A stretch of 64,000 nt of DNA from Eukaryota sp. GEM-RC1 (GCA_040285855.1 JAUFOQ010000017.1:1116001-1180000), one strand, 5' to 3'. Shown: positions 1 through 13,335, numbered from the stretch's first letter. Numbers and translations: made by a program. The notes: generated by a model from the sequence alone, not told the origin.

Positions 1-921
1 CTCTTGCTGAGATAGATTTGGACAAGTTACCATCACTACGTAATCAAACTTTAATATCACTTAATGAATGTTGTAAATCCAAGGCATCACAGTCTTGGTT
101 CCTCAAAACAATGGTGAATTCTTATTTAAAGCAAAGAATCAGTTTAGATCAAATTTCAAAACTTCTTCAAAATGCATGTATTAATTTAATTCCAACGTTA
201 GATCTTGAGAATTGTCTCGACGAACTTCAGGATTACACTGAACTAAAACCAATCTTGAGCGAATTTCATTTTTCAAGGATAAGACCGCTGATTATTCAGC
301 GATTACAATCCTGCCAAATTCTCAGTCGTCTTTAGTTCGAGAACGACAGGCGATCCCCAGGGAAACACATGAGAACAGTACAATTGTACCACCTCCAGTC
401 AAAAAAAGCAAAAGTAGCGGAGTCTGACAGTACAGATTCTAGTTCAATTTTGTTTTCACATAAGTTCCACCATTTAGAATTACAGATTTCTGAAGATCAA
501 AAGAAACTCCTGTTTACTGGCACTAATCGCCCAAAGTTTTGCCAAGGTAACAAACCCTTGTTACCAGGAGTTGTGTACAAGTGGGTGATTACTTTTCGTT
601 GTTCAAATACCTCTCGACTCACTATTGGAGTTGTTCCAAGATCAAAGTTTACTTCTAATACTGGTAGTGTTCCGTTGAAGGATTCCTTTTCTATTTCTGC
701 CCCAAGGAAAACTTATGGCGGTCTTACCGGAGTTTGTGCACAAATGAAAAAAACGAAGTGCTGGAGGTTATTGCAGATATGATTGAACTAAAGCTCACCA
801 TACGATCACTTGGTAGGTCAAAGATTAAACTGTCAGGATCACTACCACAGTTAAATTCTGGCGACTCGTATGTTCCTTTTTTAGACTCTCTGCTGTAGGA
901 CAATGTTTGTCTCTTTCTTAA
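1..921 (+). CDS. BTB/POZ + SPRY-like protein, copy 1 (5'-truncated by window edge; interrupted)
   Basis: Close paralog of 2732-3666 (offset 2731). ORFs 18-335 and 369-782 are in the same frame, separated by TAG. Relative to copy 2 there are two further single-base losses in homopolymers (~750 A-run, ~880 T-run). Confidence 0.7.
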
Positions 922-2265
922 GTAAATAATATCGTTAAATAGTCCTTGGTGGACATCTTCTCTTTTCTCAATAAGTATTGGTTAGTTTTGTATAAGAATG
1001 CTGATTCTCTTATTTTATTCGTATTTGATTCTATTTTTTCTAATTGTCACTTATAAGACGCAATGCATGGTTGTTGAATCTAAGTCTCAATTTCTTTACA
1101 TCTATGCTCCAATCTACTGCTCCAATTTTTTGTGAAATGAAATAGTGCGTCTTTTGAATTCTACTTATCTAAAATTTGCGTTCATATCGTTCATACCTAA
1201 AATTACAGTCTTATTAGTTTTTTAAAGCTAACTTACCATCTTTGAATATGAACACACAAACACCTTTTCAAAAAAGTTCGTGTAGTTACATCAATTGACG
1301 ACTCTGTCGATCCTAATGTTGCTGGTGTAAGCAAAAAAGTAGTGGTGTAAAGACTGTAATGGTAATGGATTGCACCACTTTAATTAGTACTTTAATTAGA
1401 AGCATGACACTAGAAATTATGAGTGTTGGTCGTATATTTCGATTCCATTAGCAGTGATTTCGAATGCCACATTGACATTTTGTAAGTACTAAACTTTTGG
1501 AAATCAATTAAAGTAGGTTGATATTTTTTCTTTTACCGTACTGTTGAGTTTAATGGAGAAACTTGCAAGTGTTCTATAGTGGGAGTCTATAGAAGTCTCA
1601 AGATTGTTCATGTCTCATTGTTGATTCAGTTTGTTGTATAAAGTATAATATCTCTCCAAGCTTGTTGTGATTCTTCGTTTACATCTGAAGGTATTGGCAC
1701 TTCAGGAACACATTTATGCATAAAACAAGTAAACTTTAGTGACGTATGTTGTTCACTCTGACACAATGAAGTATGTGGATCTATAATCTACTGTAATCAA
1801 TCAAAGATTTGGATTTCATCAAATTACAATACTCGTCACCAAAAACGAATCAAATTTGATTGTCAAATAACATCATTACATTGATATGTTCAACTCTGCA
1901 GTTTCTTCATTGGGACAAACTGAATCAAAAGATCAGAGTGTTGATTGGTGAAGCCAACACAAAAGTTTTGTTACAAAGAATATGAAGAAAATTTTCCTGG
2001 ATGTTTCAAATTTTCAAGTTGTCAACTGATTTCATCCTCTAGTTTATATTAATTTGGACACTGGAAAGTTGACTAACTGAATCTTAAAACGTTCTCCTCT
2101 GCGATCGAGAACCCACAACTTCCTCATGAAGGTGTTAGTTGACTCCAATTCGTCATACCCTTCTGTTGTACTTGAATCGTAGGAAATCAAACTTTCTCGA
2201 TGTGAATTTAGGTAGTTGACATACATTGATTTGCATTCACATTTAGGCTACTAGTATACAATAAA

Positions 2266-3666
2266 ATGCACCAATCCTCATTCATTTCAGAGTCTCCAGC
2301 AAATACTTTGAACAGCATACTCAATAAACCAGGTTTCTCTAACCAAATTCTTCTCTTCAGAGGCGTGGAAATCCCAGTCAACACCTATGTATTGGCAGCA
2401 CATTCCAACTTCTTCCACCGTCTCTGGTTTGAAAGTGCCTCTGTTCAGAAGAGAGAAAATCCCTTCGATCTTTCATACCTTGACGTAGATCTCACTTCCC
2501 TTTCTCATGTTATCCGCTACTTGTATGGAATCGGTATCTCTTTTCGTGAAGCTAACTTTTACCAACTTTTCTTTCTAGCCAAGAACTTTGAGATTCCAAA
2601 CTTGATATCAACAATTGCATCGCATGCACCACTTTATTTCAAGGAATGGGCACTTTTCCTTAAGTTCTTGGCAGTATTTGATCAGAACAATGATGAATTT
2701 GCCATTGAATTCATTGGCCGTTATCTTTCGTCTCTTGTTGAGATAGATTTAGACAACTTACCAACACTTAGAAATCAAACTTTAATATCACTTAATGAAT
2801 GTTGTCAATCTCAGGCATCACAGTCTTGGTTCCTCAAAACAATGGTGAATTCTTATTTAAAGCAAAGAATCACCTTAGATCAATTTTCAAAATTTCTTCA
2901 AAATGCATATATTAATTTAATTCCAACGTTAGATCTTGAGAATTGTCTCGACGAACTTCAAGACTACACAGAACTAAAACCAATCTTGAGCGAATTTCAT
3001 TTTTCAAGAATAAGACCGCTGATTATTCAGCGATTACAATCCTGCCAAATTCCCACTCATCTTTAGTTCGAGAACAACAGGCGATCCCCGGGGAAACACG
3101 TCAGAACAGTACAATTGTACCACCTCCAGTCAAAAAAAGCAAAAATAGAGGAGTTTGATCGTACAGATTCTAGTTCAATTTTGTTTTCAAATGTGTTTAA
3201 TCATTTAAAATTCCAGATTTCCCAAGATCAAAAGAAACTTACTTATTCCAAGAGCAAAAAAGGCCGCATTGGCTCAAAGTACTGTCAAGGTAGTAAATTC
3301 CTGCTACCAGGAGTTGTGTATAAGTGGGTGATTACTTTTCACTGTTCAAATACCTCTGGAATAGCTATCGGAGTTATACCAAGATCAAAGTTTACTTCCA
3401 ATACTGGCACTGTTTCATTGAAGAATTCTTATTCTGTTATTGATACAAAGCAAACTTATGGAGGTCTTGCCGGAGTTTGCGCACAAATGACAAATAACGA
3501 AGTCCTGGAAGTGATTGCAGATATGATTGAACTAAAGCTCACCATACGATCACTTGGTAGATCAAAGATTAATCTATTAGGGTCACTACCAAGTTTAAAT
3601 TCTGGCGACTCGTATGTTCCTTTTTTTAGACTCTGTGCTCCAGGACAATGTTTGTCTCTTTCGTAA
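2266..3666 (+). CDS. BTB/POZ-domain protein with C-terminal SPRY/B30.2-like domain, copy 2
   Basis: BTB-like N-terminus (IPVNTYVLAAHSNFFHRLW...VIRYLYG...LAKNFEIPNL). SPRY-like C-terminus (GVVYKWVITF...IAIGVI...VLEVIADM..LKLTI...YVPFFRL). The two ORFs are in frame, separated by one TAG at 3064-3066. Confidence 0.75.
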
Positions 3667-3960
3667 GCAAATAATATCATTAAATAGTCCTTGGTGGACA
3701 ATACAGTACATTGTACTTCTATTTTCTCAATAAGTATTGGTTAGTTCTGAATCTGTAATTTTATTCGTGTTTGATTCTGTTTTGTTCATAGGAAACATTT
3801 AGGAAAAACTTCACGGATCCTGAATCCCAATTTAAAATATTCAAACAATTATGATGCAATCTACTGCTCCAATTTTTTGTGAAATAGTGCGTCCTTTGAA
3901 ATCTACTTATCTAAAATACGCGTTCAAACCGTACATACTTAACAATACAGTCTTAGGAGA

Positions 3961-4311
3961 CAGTGAACGCTAACACGTTCAAAAATCGAATCTAACACGT
4001 GTTAACACGTGTTAACACGCGTGTTACGTGTTAGGACGTGTTCCGTGTTTGCGTTGCAGGAATTTTTCCTGCTTTCTGGTTCAACGATAAACAGCTCGTT
4101 TCTTCTACACATTTATCCCTACGATACTCTACATCCCTGTAGGGCACTTCTAAAACGACGTGTTTCATTCTTTTAGCAGCAGAAGGCATTTTCACATCAT
4201 TCAGACCGAAAATAGTAACCGTAATTTGCGTGTTAGAAATCAGCCAAAATTCCTAACACCTGTTAACACGCGTGTTACGTGTCAGGCCATGTTACGTGTT
4301 AGCGTTCACTG
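3961..4311. mobile_element. Non-autonomous hAT-like MITE (CAGTGAACGCTAACA family)
   Basis: TIR CAGTGAACGCTAACACGT...ACGTGTTAGCGTTCACTG, 8-bp TSD TTAGGAGA (3953-3960 / 4312-4319). The paralogous site near 1205-1225 is empty. Confidence 0.92.
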
Positions 4312-6164
4312 TTAGGAGATTTTAAAAGCTCACTTACAATTGTTGAATATGTAACACTTACAAACACCTTTTCAAAAAAGTTGTAGTTAAATCAATAGAA
4401 GACTCTGTCAATCCTAATTTTACTGGTGTAAGCAAAAAAGTAGTGGTGTAAAGACCTTAATAAGTGCTTTTGTTAGGACTTATTAGATTTGATCTCAGAT
4501 GCCGATTCCGTAACAGTGATTTTCGGAATAAACATTGGCTGTTGAACTAAGCTGTTTGGCTAGTACGGTCAAGACCAATGCCACACTGACATTTTGTATG
4601 AAGCAGTAGTCAGCAGTCATAGATCCATCAATTTGCATTAGCTTTATCACTCAACAATTGTTATCTGCGCTGACGTAGAACACTGAAGCTGGTTAGCAGA
4701 ATATGTGCCCTCAATTGGGTTTGTTTCCTTGTAATTTATTTGAAAACTCATTTTGTGTTTATGATAACAGTTCAACTGCAAACTGTGTGTCTCAGTGATC
4801 TTTACTTGATTTAGAATTTTACCAGAATGTTTAACCCACGAGAATGGATAGATTGTAAGATCAAGATACGTATGTAATTATATTATCGAATTGAATCGGA
4901 CTTGGATAAGGCGATTTGCTTACAGGAACCAGTGATGGGAAATATATTGCAGATTGGTATTAATTTAGAGGCAACCTAAACATACAACTAAAAATACATA
5001 AATTCACAAAACTGACCAAATGCGCAAAAGACAAACACGACAATTTTTGATGAAGTTTGGAGTTTCCTTCCTTCTTCTTCTTCTTCTGTAATTGGTATTT
5101 CTTAGTTCTTAGAACAACATACTAGTAGATATTCAACTGTCACGAGCATTATACTTTTGTTTTATAGACACTATGATACTTTATCTATTTAATGGTAGCC
5201 GATAAATATTATAAATATTATATTATGATTAATAAAAGCCTTATTTGATCAAGAAAATACTGACGTGTTTACATTTGGTGTTGTCATCTGTTTGATCTGA
5301 GTATCGTAAGTTGTCGGGTATAATTAGAATTACTGATCGAATGTTTGTTACTAGTATTTCTAGATTATTGTTGGAGTACTTAGCCTTGTCCTATATTGAC
5401 TAGCCTCACACTTAATAGATCTCAATACAAGTAATCATAGTTGCGACACAGTCTTTATTGTGTTTGTTGGTATTTGTCTGTGTTATGTTTGTATTTTGAT
5501 TTTGATTTTGTAGTTTTTTCAGGAAGGTCCTTTTGATGACTCAAGTGGTAATAACTGTCGAATTTTCCACTTCTAGCTGTACGGCAGTGTCCATGTCGGG
5601 AACGTAATGGTTGCCGTTGAACTTAGATTTTCAGTTCAAGACCAAGATCATCCGCTGTTTTAATAATGTACATGTTTAAATACTAGACTTTTGGAATTCA
5701 GGTAAGGATTAACTTTACTTGACTATACTGTGATTTTGATAAACGTTATAATTGATTTGAAAACAATAGGGACGGTAACGGTTTGGTTTATATTTGTTTC
5801 TCAAATTTTGAAGCAAACAAGAACTCCGAACCACATGGTTTCATTATAACTTTGTGTTTACTTGGAATAATACAATTTTGGTTACATGTTTGACACACAA
5901 AATGTTTCCTCGAACCCCAACCTGAAGCTCGCCCAACATCTCATACGAAGTCCATCTTGTGGAACTACTTCTTGAAAATTTGTAACAAAACAAGATGCTC
6001 TGCTCTCTATGTCTTAGTATAAATCACTCAGTATTCGTCTCCAAATTTTCCGGTACGTCTACTTTAAGAAGCACTTAGAGTAGATAGATGACACTCTGAA
6101 TGGAGTACAGGTTCTGCTATTCCTTGCAATCAGACTCTTCTCAACTTTAACGTCCATAAACGTC

Positions 6165-7565
6165 ATCTTGGTTCACATGACAACATTGTTAAAGATCTGA
6201 ATGTATATTTGGATTCAATGCGAAAAGAATTAGATCAAATTAAGGAATTGCAATTGGAAAAACATCTCAAATTCTTCATGCTAAGAATTTGTTATTCAGG
6301 AAAAGTTACTCATCTGCTTCGCTCTCTATCCCCTGTACTTACCTATAACTTCTGTAGAAGCTTTAACAAAATTCGTACTGACTTTCTTGCATTTTTGTTA
6401 TCAGTGGATGCTGCTGCTTTGAACAATCACATCTTCATCTCGGTGGTATTGGTTTCACTTCGTCTAAATGGTGGACCAAATCTGCTTTCATTGGTGGTGG
6501 TAAGAATTTTGTCTTTGAGTTCTGTAGACGTTACCCAAGTCAAGAAAATCTTCTTGTTTCGACAAGTAGTTTTTTTCTTGGTATATTTGAGATCAGAATT
6601 GTCGCTAATTTCACCTGACCTCTGGCAAACTTGTTTTCCAGCAGATATTTGTTAAATATCAGAACGATATGTCACCTCGTTAAAATTTGCGCTTAAGAAA
6701 CTCCAAAAACCCCTTTTAAAACATTTTGAATGTCTGGATTTTAAAATTCGATTTGATTTGAAGGACAGTTCTTCAGGTGCTTTGATTAATCAAATTCCTC
6801 AGATTTATGGTTTGTTGTTGAATGATCATCAATGGACTACAACATTCAGACGTCGATGTTTCTTGTGGCCCTCTAATTTACCCAATGATCGTCAATGTAA
6901 ATGTGGTAATTTAGTTACTTTTTCTCATTTTTTGAGTTGTAATCGTTTCATTACTTATAGAACTTGTATTCATGATGATGTCAGAGATCAAATTCATGCC
7001 ATATGTAAGTCCTACAAAATCGAATCTTTTGTTGAGCCACTGTTGAGATCACTGGAAATCAATAATTTAAAAAAATGATTCTGATAAGACTTTTGGTAAA
7101 AGAAGAGCTGATGTTATAGTTCCATCAGTCAATGATGAACTAACCGTTGTTGATGTGATTTCGGTGGATGTTTGCGAAAAAGTGCATTCAAGGATGCTAA
7201 AGATGAAGTTTCTCCACTGAATTCTTCAGAACAATACAAGAGAATCAAATATGATGAACCACTGACTGCTCGCAAATATATTAGACATGTTGAGTACAAA
7301 TTATGCCCTTTGCAATTTCAATTTATGGTCGACTTGGAAGAGATGCTCTTTGTTTTCTCTCTGATTTTGAGAAAGTGGTCAAAAAAAAGAATGAACAAGA
7401 AATTTGATTTCCAATTTTGGTTGAATTGTATTGTTCTTACAATATTTAAAACAATTCCTGTCATGATTTCAAAAGCTTTATTAGCTCTCAGTGTTTGTTA
7501 TGAAGAAAAAAGCTGATGTGAGTTTTAATGGCAATGATTGTTGCTTTAGTGATATTGAGTTCTAG
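6165..7565 (+). mobile_element. 5'-truncated, decayed CRE-like non-LTR retrotransposon (RT thumb, CCHC finger, restriction-like endonuclease)
   Basis: LRICYSGKVTHLLRS, a GG-G motif, CKCG..TFSHFLSC, IHDDVRDQ, KRRADV..VDV..KRIKY, spread over several frames with stops and frameshifts. Homologs at ~27.2, ~51.7 and ~57.1 kb. Confidence 0.8.
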
Positions 7566-7580
7566 TATTTGTGTTTATTT

Positions 7581-8465
7581 CATACCTAGGAAATACACGA
7601 ACACATTTCCAAATACAGATACAAATACAGAATACAGATACAGATACAAAGACATCATTTGTCACAAGATTCGACTGTCGACTTGGCATTGTACTTCTGA
7701 TTGTTGTTAGACAAGTTTGTATCATAAACACAGTTAAATATATATTGTATACAATGTATTCCAAATTTGTGTTTCATCCTTTTGTTGTTTCTTTTTTTGG
7801 ATCGATTAGTCCTGCTGGTGATCATTTTTTCAAGGATTTCGAAGAGCTGTGTAAAGAAAAGAAGCGTAAGTGTAAAATGGCTGAATGAAAAAACCGTAGA
7901 GTGTTTTCCATCTATAGGAATATGCTTTCTATTTCCCTCGATTAGTTAAACACATGTTGAGTCCTTATATTATATTTATAATAATCATTTCTTTTCTCGT
8001 TGTACCCAAAGGTCTCACAAATACAACTATTTTGATGTCAGTTAAAGTCTAAGGATGTACATTACTTCAAAACTCAGTTATCAGCAGTGTGCCTGTTAGT
8101 CGTAAAACTTCTTTTCCTGTTATAATGAGGTTTCCATCCTTCTTTAAAATATTCTTCGGTACACCGAAATGAAATGTTGATTTACCATCAGAGAGATGAT
8201 TGGAAAGAACATACAAACATTGAGGAATAAGGAAAAAACGAATGCTATTGTGTGTGTTCATCCAACAAATTTCGAGTTGGATATACATTTGATGACTTTT
8301 AATCCTTGAAGCCAATTTGTGGACGCTGTTTATTAATGCAGTAGATAGGTGGGAGCTTCATTGTCAGTTTCAATTGAAGGGTTTGTAAAAAGATACACAA
8401 GATACACAAGATACAGAATACAGATACAAATACAGGATACAGTGTATCTGTATTTCCTAGGTATG
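7581..8465. mobile_element. Non-autonomous DNA transposon with CATA-ended TIRs (P/hAT-like)
   Basis: 17-bp TIR CATACCTAGGAAATACA, flanking TTTATTT duplication, subterminal RATACA repeats at both ends. Confidence 0.85.
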
Positions 8466-8479
8466 TTTATTTTAGTGTT

Positions 8480-9040
8480 TTTGGTCTATAAAATTTTCCT
8501 TAAAGAAAAAATAAAACGTCTTCTCTTCCATCAACTTCTTTGTCAGACTCAAAACAACAAGAACTGGAGATCTTCTTTTGAACTGGGTCATACAGAGCAA
8601 TAGTTTGTTGGAGGCGAAATCTCAAATTTTGAAGCAATTTTGAACTTTATTAATTCCACTGTATCATGTGTGTAGCGGCATGACGTGTCAGAGATAATTT
8701 TAACCAAGTATAGCATCACCGTTGTGAGTCTCATCGTGTATTTTGAAACCATCAACTCAAAGATTTCACTACCACTAGATCTTTGGACATCCAATGCAAA
8801 TGTTCCTTTTATTGGTGTTACATCACACTATCTTTATGTTATTACTTTGGATACTCTTCAATTACCTCATCATCACAATGGTGAGGAAATTACTGACACC
8901 ATTTCTGAACTTCTTGAAAACTTTAATATGACTCAAAAAATTATGTCTAATACACATGACAATGCTACAAACGTCATCATGACGTCATCTATTACAATAC
9001 TGAATGAGAAATATAATTTATATGTCCTCTGTGTTCATGA
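8480..9040 (+). pseudogene. hAT-family transposase fragment
   Basis: SLPLDLWTS..PFIGVTSHY...HNGEEI...KIMSNTHDNATNV contains the first two catalytic aspartate motifs of hAT transposases; truncated. Confidence 0.8.
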
Positions 9041-10146
9041 ATTTGCTCCTTTCAGTTGTTCTTTAAACAATTCACATCTTTCTTTTCACACGCTTACATT
9101 CTATAGTCTTTGACCTCACATTTGGAACCCACCTCTGTTTTCTTGAAGTTTTGCAGTGATAGGACATACGATGCGTTGATAGCAAAGTTTCACAGTAGAT
9201 CTTCCAGCGGACAACCTTTAGGCAACGAGTCATTTCGAATCTATGTACTTCAATTATCTAGGATCTCCTACCAAATTTGTAGTTTCAACTATTGTTGCAG
9301 ATTGCGAAGAAGCATCGAATTTGGATATTGAATCTGTTGACCGACCATGTTGCAGTCCTAACTTTTTCTTTTGTACATCTGCACAACTTTGTAGACGTCA
9401 GTATCTGTTTGCAGAAAGATAGTCATCAGTACTTTCTTTCTTCATGTTAGTGTCATAACTCATCAGGACTATAAACCAAATTAAATCGACTTATCTTATT
9501 CATATGACCAAGACCAACAATAATTATTGGGCCTCCATCACCACCAACGTTGAAGTCACCTCCGACATTAAAATCACTGCATTACAGTTTAAGTCACTTA
9601 TGCATTATTACACCTACACTTTTCTCTTATGACATGATCAAGAACAACACTGCTAATCAGTTTCACTCAGCCGACCTCCAATCAACAATCAATTCTGATC
9701 TACCTGATACTTTTTGCAGGCTAGCTCAACTTCTAAAAGATGTCATTGATGAAACAGAAATTCTACTCAGCTGGACACTATTACGTGACACAACCAATCA
9801 AAAATAAAGTAGTGTTTGACATTAAGAAGACTTGGAGAGAAGAGATTCTGAGTAGAAGAAGTTGCTTTTTACACCAAATAGAATCACTACTAAAAATTAA
9901 AATATTAAAGAATAAAAGAAGTCAAATAGTATAGGACCTCCTTTGACAAAAGAACGGGAATATCATCATAATAGCAACAAAAAAATCCAACGATTCCTCC
10001 AAACCGATACTGCCAGTGACTAGTATCAGGATCCAAGCACCATTGTAAAAACAATGTTTTAACAGTACAAGTAAAAGATCATCCTGATACATCAGTCGGT
10101 ATTTGATTGAATGCTCAGACATTATACTGAATGTAAGGCTCATGAA

Positions 10147-10470
10147 CAGTGAACGCTAACATATTCAGAAATCGAATCTAACACGTGTTAGGACTTGTTC
10201 GCGAATTTTTCACAAAAAAGGTTGGGCACAATTTTTCCTGGTTTCTGGTTCAACGATATATAGCTCATTTCTTCTACACATTCATCTCTACGATACTCTA
10301 CGTCCCTGTAGTCAACTTCTAAAACGGCGTCTTTCATTCTTTTACCAGCAAAAGACATTTTCACATCATTCAGTCCGAAAACAGTAACCGATATTTGCGT
10401 GTTAGAAATCAGCCAAATTTCCTAACACGCGTGTTACGTGTCAGGCCGTGTTACGTGTTAGCGTTCACTG
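10147..10470. mobile_element. hAT-like MITE (CAGTGAACGCTAACA family)
   Basis: Same TIRs as 3961-4311; 8-bp TSD CTCATGAA. Confidence 0.92.
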
Positions 10471-10728
10471 CTCATGAAGAGGGAACCGAACATTGTGGTG
10501 ACGTGTCGTGTGTTGTTGACATGTCAGTTTGAGACTTCAGTTTGAGAAGTGTAAGAGAAGGACAATGTACAGAGGCGTACGAAGTGAGTCATCATCATCA
10601 AAGCTAATGTGGGGTATCAGTTGGAGTGGGTTTTAGGAGGTAGACCAAGTTACTGCCAAGTAAGTCATTTAACTAGAACTTCGCAGGCAGTGAGGGTTCA
10701 ACAACAAAAAGCGAAGAGATATCCGCAG

Positions 10729-11781
10729 ATGTTCCACACCAAGCTTCTCTTCTACAGTGGACAGGACCGTCCAGAATACTTCCTCCCACGGATCCTAGAG
10801 CACGTTGTGAGAGTTACAGAAGAATCAGTCCTTGTAAGCGAAGTTTGGGAGACGTTTAGTAAAAAACATCAACTTCTCTATGTTGTTCCAACCGAATCCT
10901 TTGTCCCTCCACCGTTACCATCTTCATTAGTCCTCGTCAATGATGTAAAGATCACTGTTATCTCATTCAATTACTCTGAGGTTTATATTCTCCCTCCTTC
11001 AATCGATCTCCCAGCCAATCTAGAGTTAGTTCAATCTCTCAACCGTATCAAGAACGATCCGTTGCTGCTCTGTTGTCCTCTATGTTTCTTCTTTCCCACA
11101 GCTTCTTTTACTGACAGTCTTTCTATCTTCTCAAGACAATCTATTCCCACTGATGTCTACCTACAAATCACTGACATGAGCGGTTACGTTGAAGTCTGCA
11201 TCTACGGCTCCGATCTAACAGCCAAGTCTTTATATTACGACCTCCAACTAGAACTCAAACCCTACCTCATTGGTCGTCTCTGTCTAGATCCCTTTGCTTA
11301 CCTTTTCGTCCACCTCTCCCACCACGATCTCACTATCAGTACTGCTGAGTCAGTCACTGGGGGAATGCTGGCTGATCTGATAACACGTGTTCCTGGAATC
11401 AAGGATTATTTTAAAGGGGGAGTCGTGGCTTACGCTAATGATTCAAAAACAAAGGTATTAGAAGTTGATAAGGAAGTAGTTGATCTATATGGCCCAGTTA
11501 GTGAAGAAGTGTCAAAATTGATTGCTGTCAATATAAGAAAGAAGTTTGGCACACGTGTGGGAGTCGGGATCACTGGATTTGCTTCGTCTCCCACAATCAA
11601 TCATCCTGTAGGTACAGTCTTTGTCTCTGTGGCTCTAGGATTAGAAGAAGGAGATGTTGTGGAGGTGAGAAAGTTTTTGTTTGGGGGTTGTAGGAAAGAG
11701 ATAATGAGGCGAGCAGTTATGGGCAGTTTGTACCTGATTCATGAGACTATTGATAGTCATTTTGTACATCGAATTCCTTGA
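10729..11781 (+). CDS. cinA: CinA-like protein with C-terminal PncC (NMN deamidase) domain, intact copy
   Basis: STAESVTGGMLADLITRVPG..YFKGGVVAYANDSK..L...GPVSEEV...GITGFA....PVGTVFV matches the CinA/PncC motifs. Start placed at ATG 10729 (MFHTKL), which is conserved in all three copies. Confidence 0.85.
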   Translation: MFHTKLLFYSGQDRPEYFLPRILEHVVRVTEESVLVSEVWETFSKKHQLLYVVPTESFVPPPLPSSLVLVNDVKITVISFNYSEVYILPPSIDLPANLELVQSLNRIKNDPLLLCCPLCFFFPTASFTDSLSIFSRQSIPTDVYLQITDMSGYVEVCIYGSDLTAKSLYYDLQLELKPYLIGRLCLDPFAYLFVHLSHHDLTISTAESVTGGMLADLITRVPGIKDYFKGGVVAYANDSKTKVLEVDKEVVDLYGPVSEEVSKLIAVNIRKKFGTRVGVGITGFASSPTINHPVGTVFVSVALGLEEGDVVEVRKFLFGGCRKEIMRRAVMGSLYLIHETIDSHFVHRIP

Positions 11782-12139
11782 TTCAAGAGTTGATTGATTG
11801 GTCTATGATGACGTGTAGATGTTTCTAGTAATTCTCAATACAGTAACAATGTTGTTGTTTAATTTCCTCTTTGACAGTTTTGGGTGGATGATATCTGAAG
11901 TAAATTCTGTAAATTCTCATGTTCTTCGATTTGAGAGTCCTATTTGGAATCTTTCAAATTTTCGGGGATTAAACGAAGAATCTAATATCCAATTAACAGA
12001 AGACTAAGATTTGTTAAACATCTTTTGGGTAGCAAAATAAGTGTGAAGATCATCTCCTTTTGATCTGAATTCGTTTTCTGAAAGGTGTTTCAAAACTGGT
12101 TCATCGCATGACTGTTCTATATCTTATTGATGTACTGTA

Positions 12140-13335
12140 CAGCAGGCCGGCCGGCGCTTATAGGCCGGCCTAATAGCTCAAATTATTACATTTGAGTAAC
12201 TACTTGTTTAAACTGTGTAAATCGTTTGAGTATTTGGTTTCTTGTTGGTTGCTAATATTCATAAACTCTGTTTTTAATTGACTTCAGTATTAATTTATTG
12301 TGGAAACTTACCAAAAACTACATGTACAATGTTATAATACAAGACCTGGGACTGGCAACAATTTATTGGTATTGACAATAGTTTTTATTGATTGAAACCC
12401 GTTTTACGATACCAATATATTGACAATAATTCTTTGTTGTAAAATGTGCCTACTTTTTGAAGATTAATTGTTCAGAATTCTTCAAGGTGTACCTTTATGA
12501 AACTTGACTTGACTAAAGTAAAGTTTCATAAACAGCAACATCCCTTGAAACAGTTTGTGCTTCATTTAATTCACTAATGGGTAGGCAGAAATAAGCTAGA
12601 TGCATTTGTTGTAGTTTGTTTTCGAATTGAACAATGTGATCAGTGTGAATCAATCACTTCAAATATTTAGTGAAATTTGATCTGTACTTAAGGCACTTTG
12701 ACATGGGTTTTTCTTCTGGACCAATTTATTGCACTATATCGGACCAATACCAATTAATGATTGCGGGCAGAAACTTCGTAGTAATTCTATTGCAGTAAAT
12801 TGTTGCCAGTCCCTGATACAAGACCTCAGGCCTAATATTAATCGCTTGCGGAAAGTGTTGTACTAGATCTTCCGGAAGCAATTTCTTTAAAACGGAAGAA
12901 GGAGGAGCTGAAGCAGACAGCATAGGACCAGAAGCAGATTTTGATTTGCTATTAGTATCTGTAGAGGAGATTATTTCTGTTTGGTAGGAATCATTAGGTG
13001 AGGACATGTGTGAATACAAAGAGGTGACAAAATCTAAAGACCAAAAGAAATCCACATGTAGAAGCCTCTTTTATATTGATATTACTAATAGTAATATCTA
13101 GTCTCAATTGTTCAAGTTCCAATATAATGACGTCATCAAAAGAACAGTGTAACAAATGAATATATGAAGCGAATTTATCAACACATAATTCGACTTTGAG
13201 CCGGCTTGAGCCGATCAATTCAGCTCGTAGGCCAGCCGTCAACAACTTAGGGCCAGCCGGCTGGGCCCAGAAAAATTCACTAAATATTACATCTATTATA
13301 TAGCCGGCTTAAATTGGGCCGGCCGCCAACCACTC
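12140..13335. mobile_element. Degenerate non-autonomous DNA transposon with GGCCGGCC subterminal motifs
   Basis: GCCGGC-rich imperfect inverted ends. The segment is absent from the third repeat unit (~21725). No clear TSD. Confidence 0.6.
12346..12815. mobile_element. 470-bp MITE (CAGGGACTGGCAACAATTTA family), nested
   Basis: 20-bp TIR (one mismatch in this copy), 9-bp TSD ATACAAGAC. Confidence 0.9.

Noticed and set aside
3025..3066. BTB TAG as the acceptor of a short intron
   Set aside because: No GT donor at a suitable distance upstream in either copy.
1300..5900. Minus-strand coding-like debris flanking BTB copy 2 (also ~39300-40250)
   Set aside because: Possibly decayed surface-protein genes, but too broken to assign or delimit.
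10609..10728. GTG-initiated N-terminal extension of CinA
   Set aside because: Non-ATG start, and out of frame in copies 2 and 3 (A6 vs A5).
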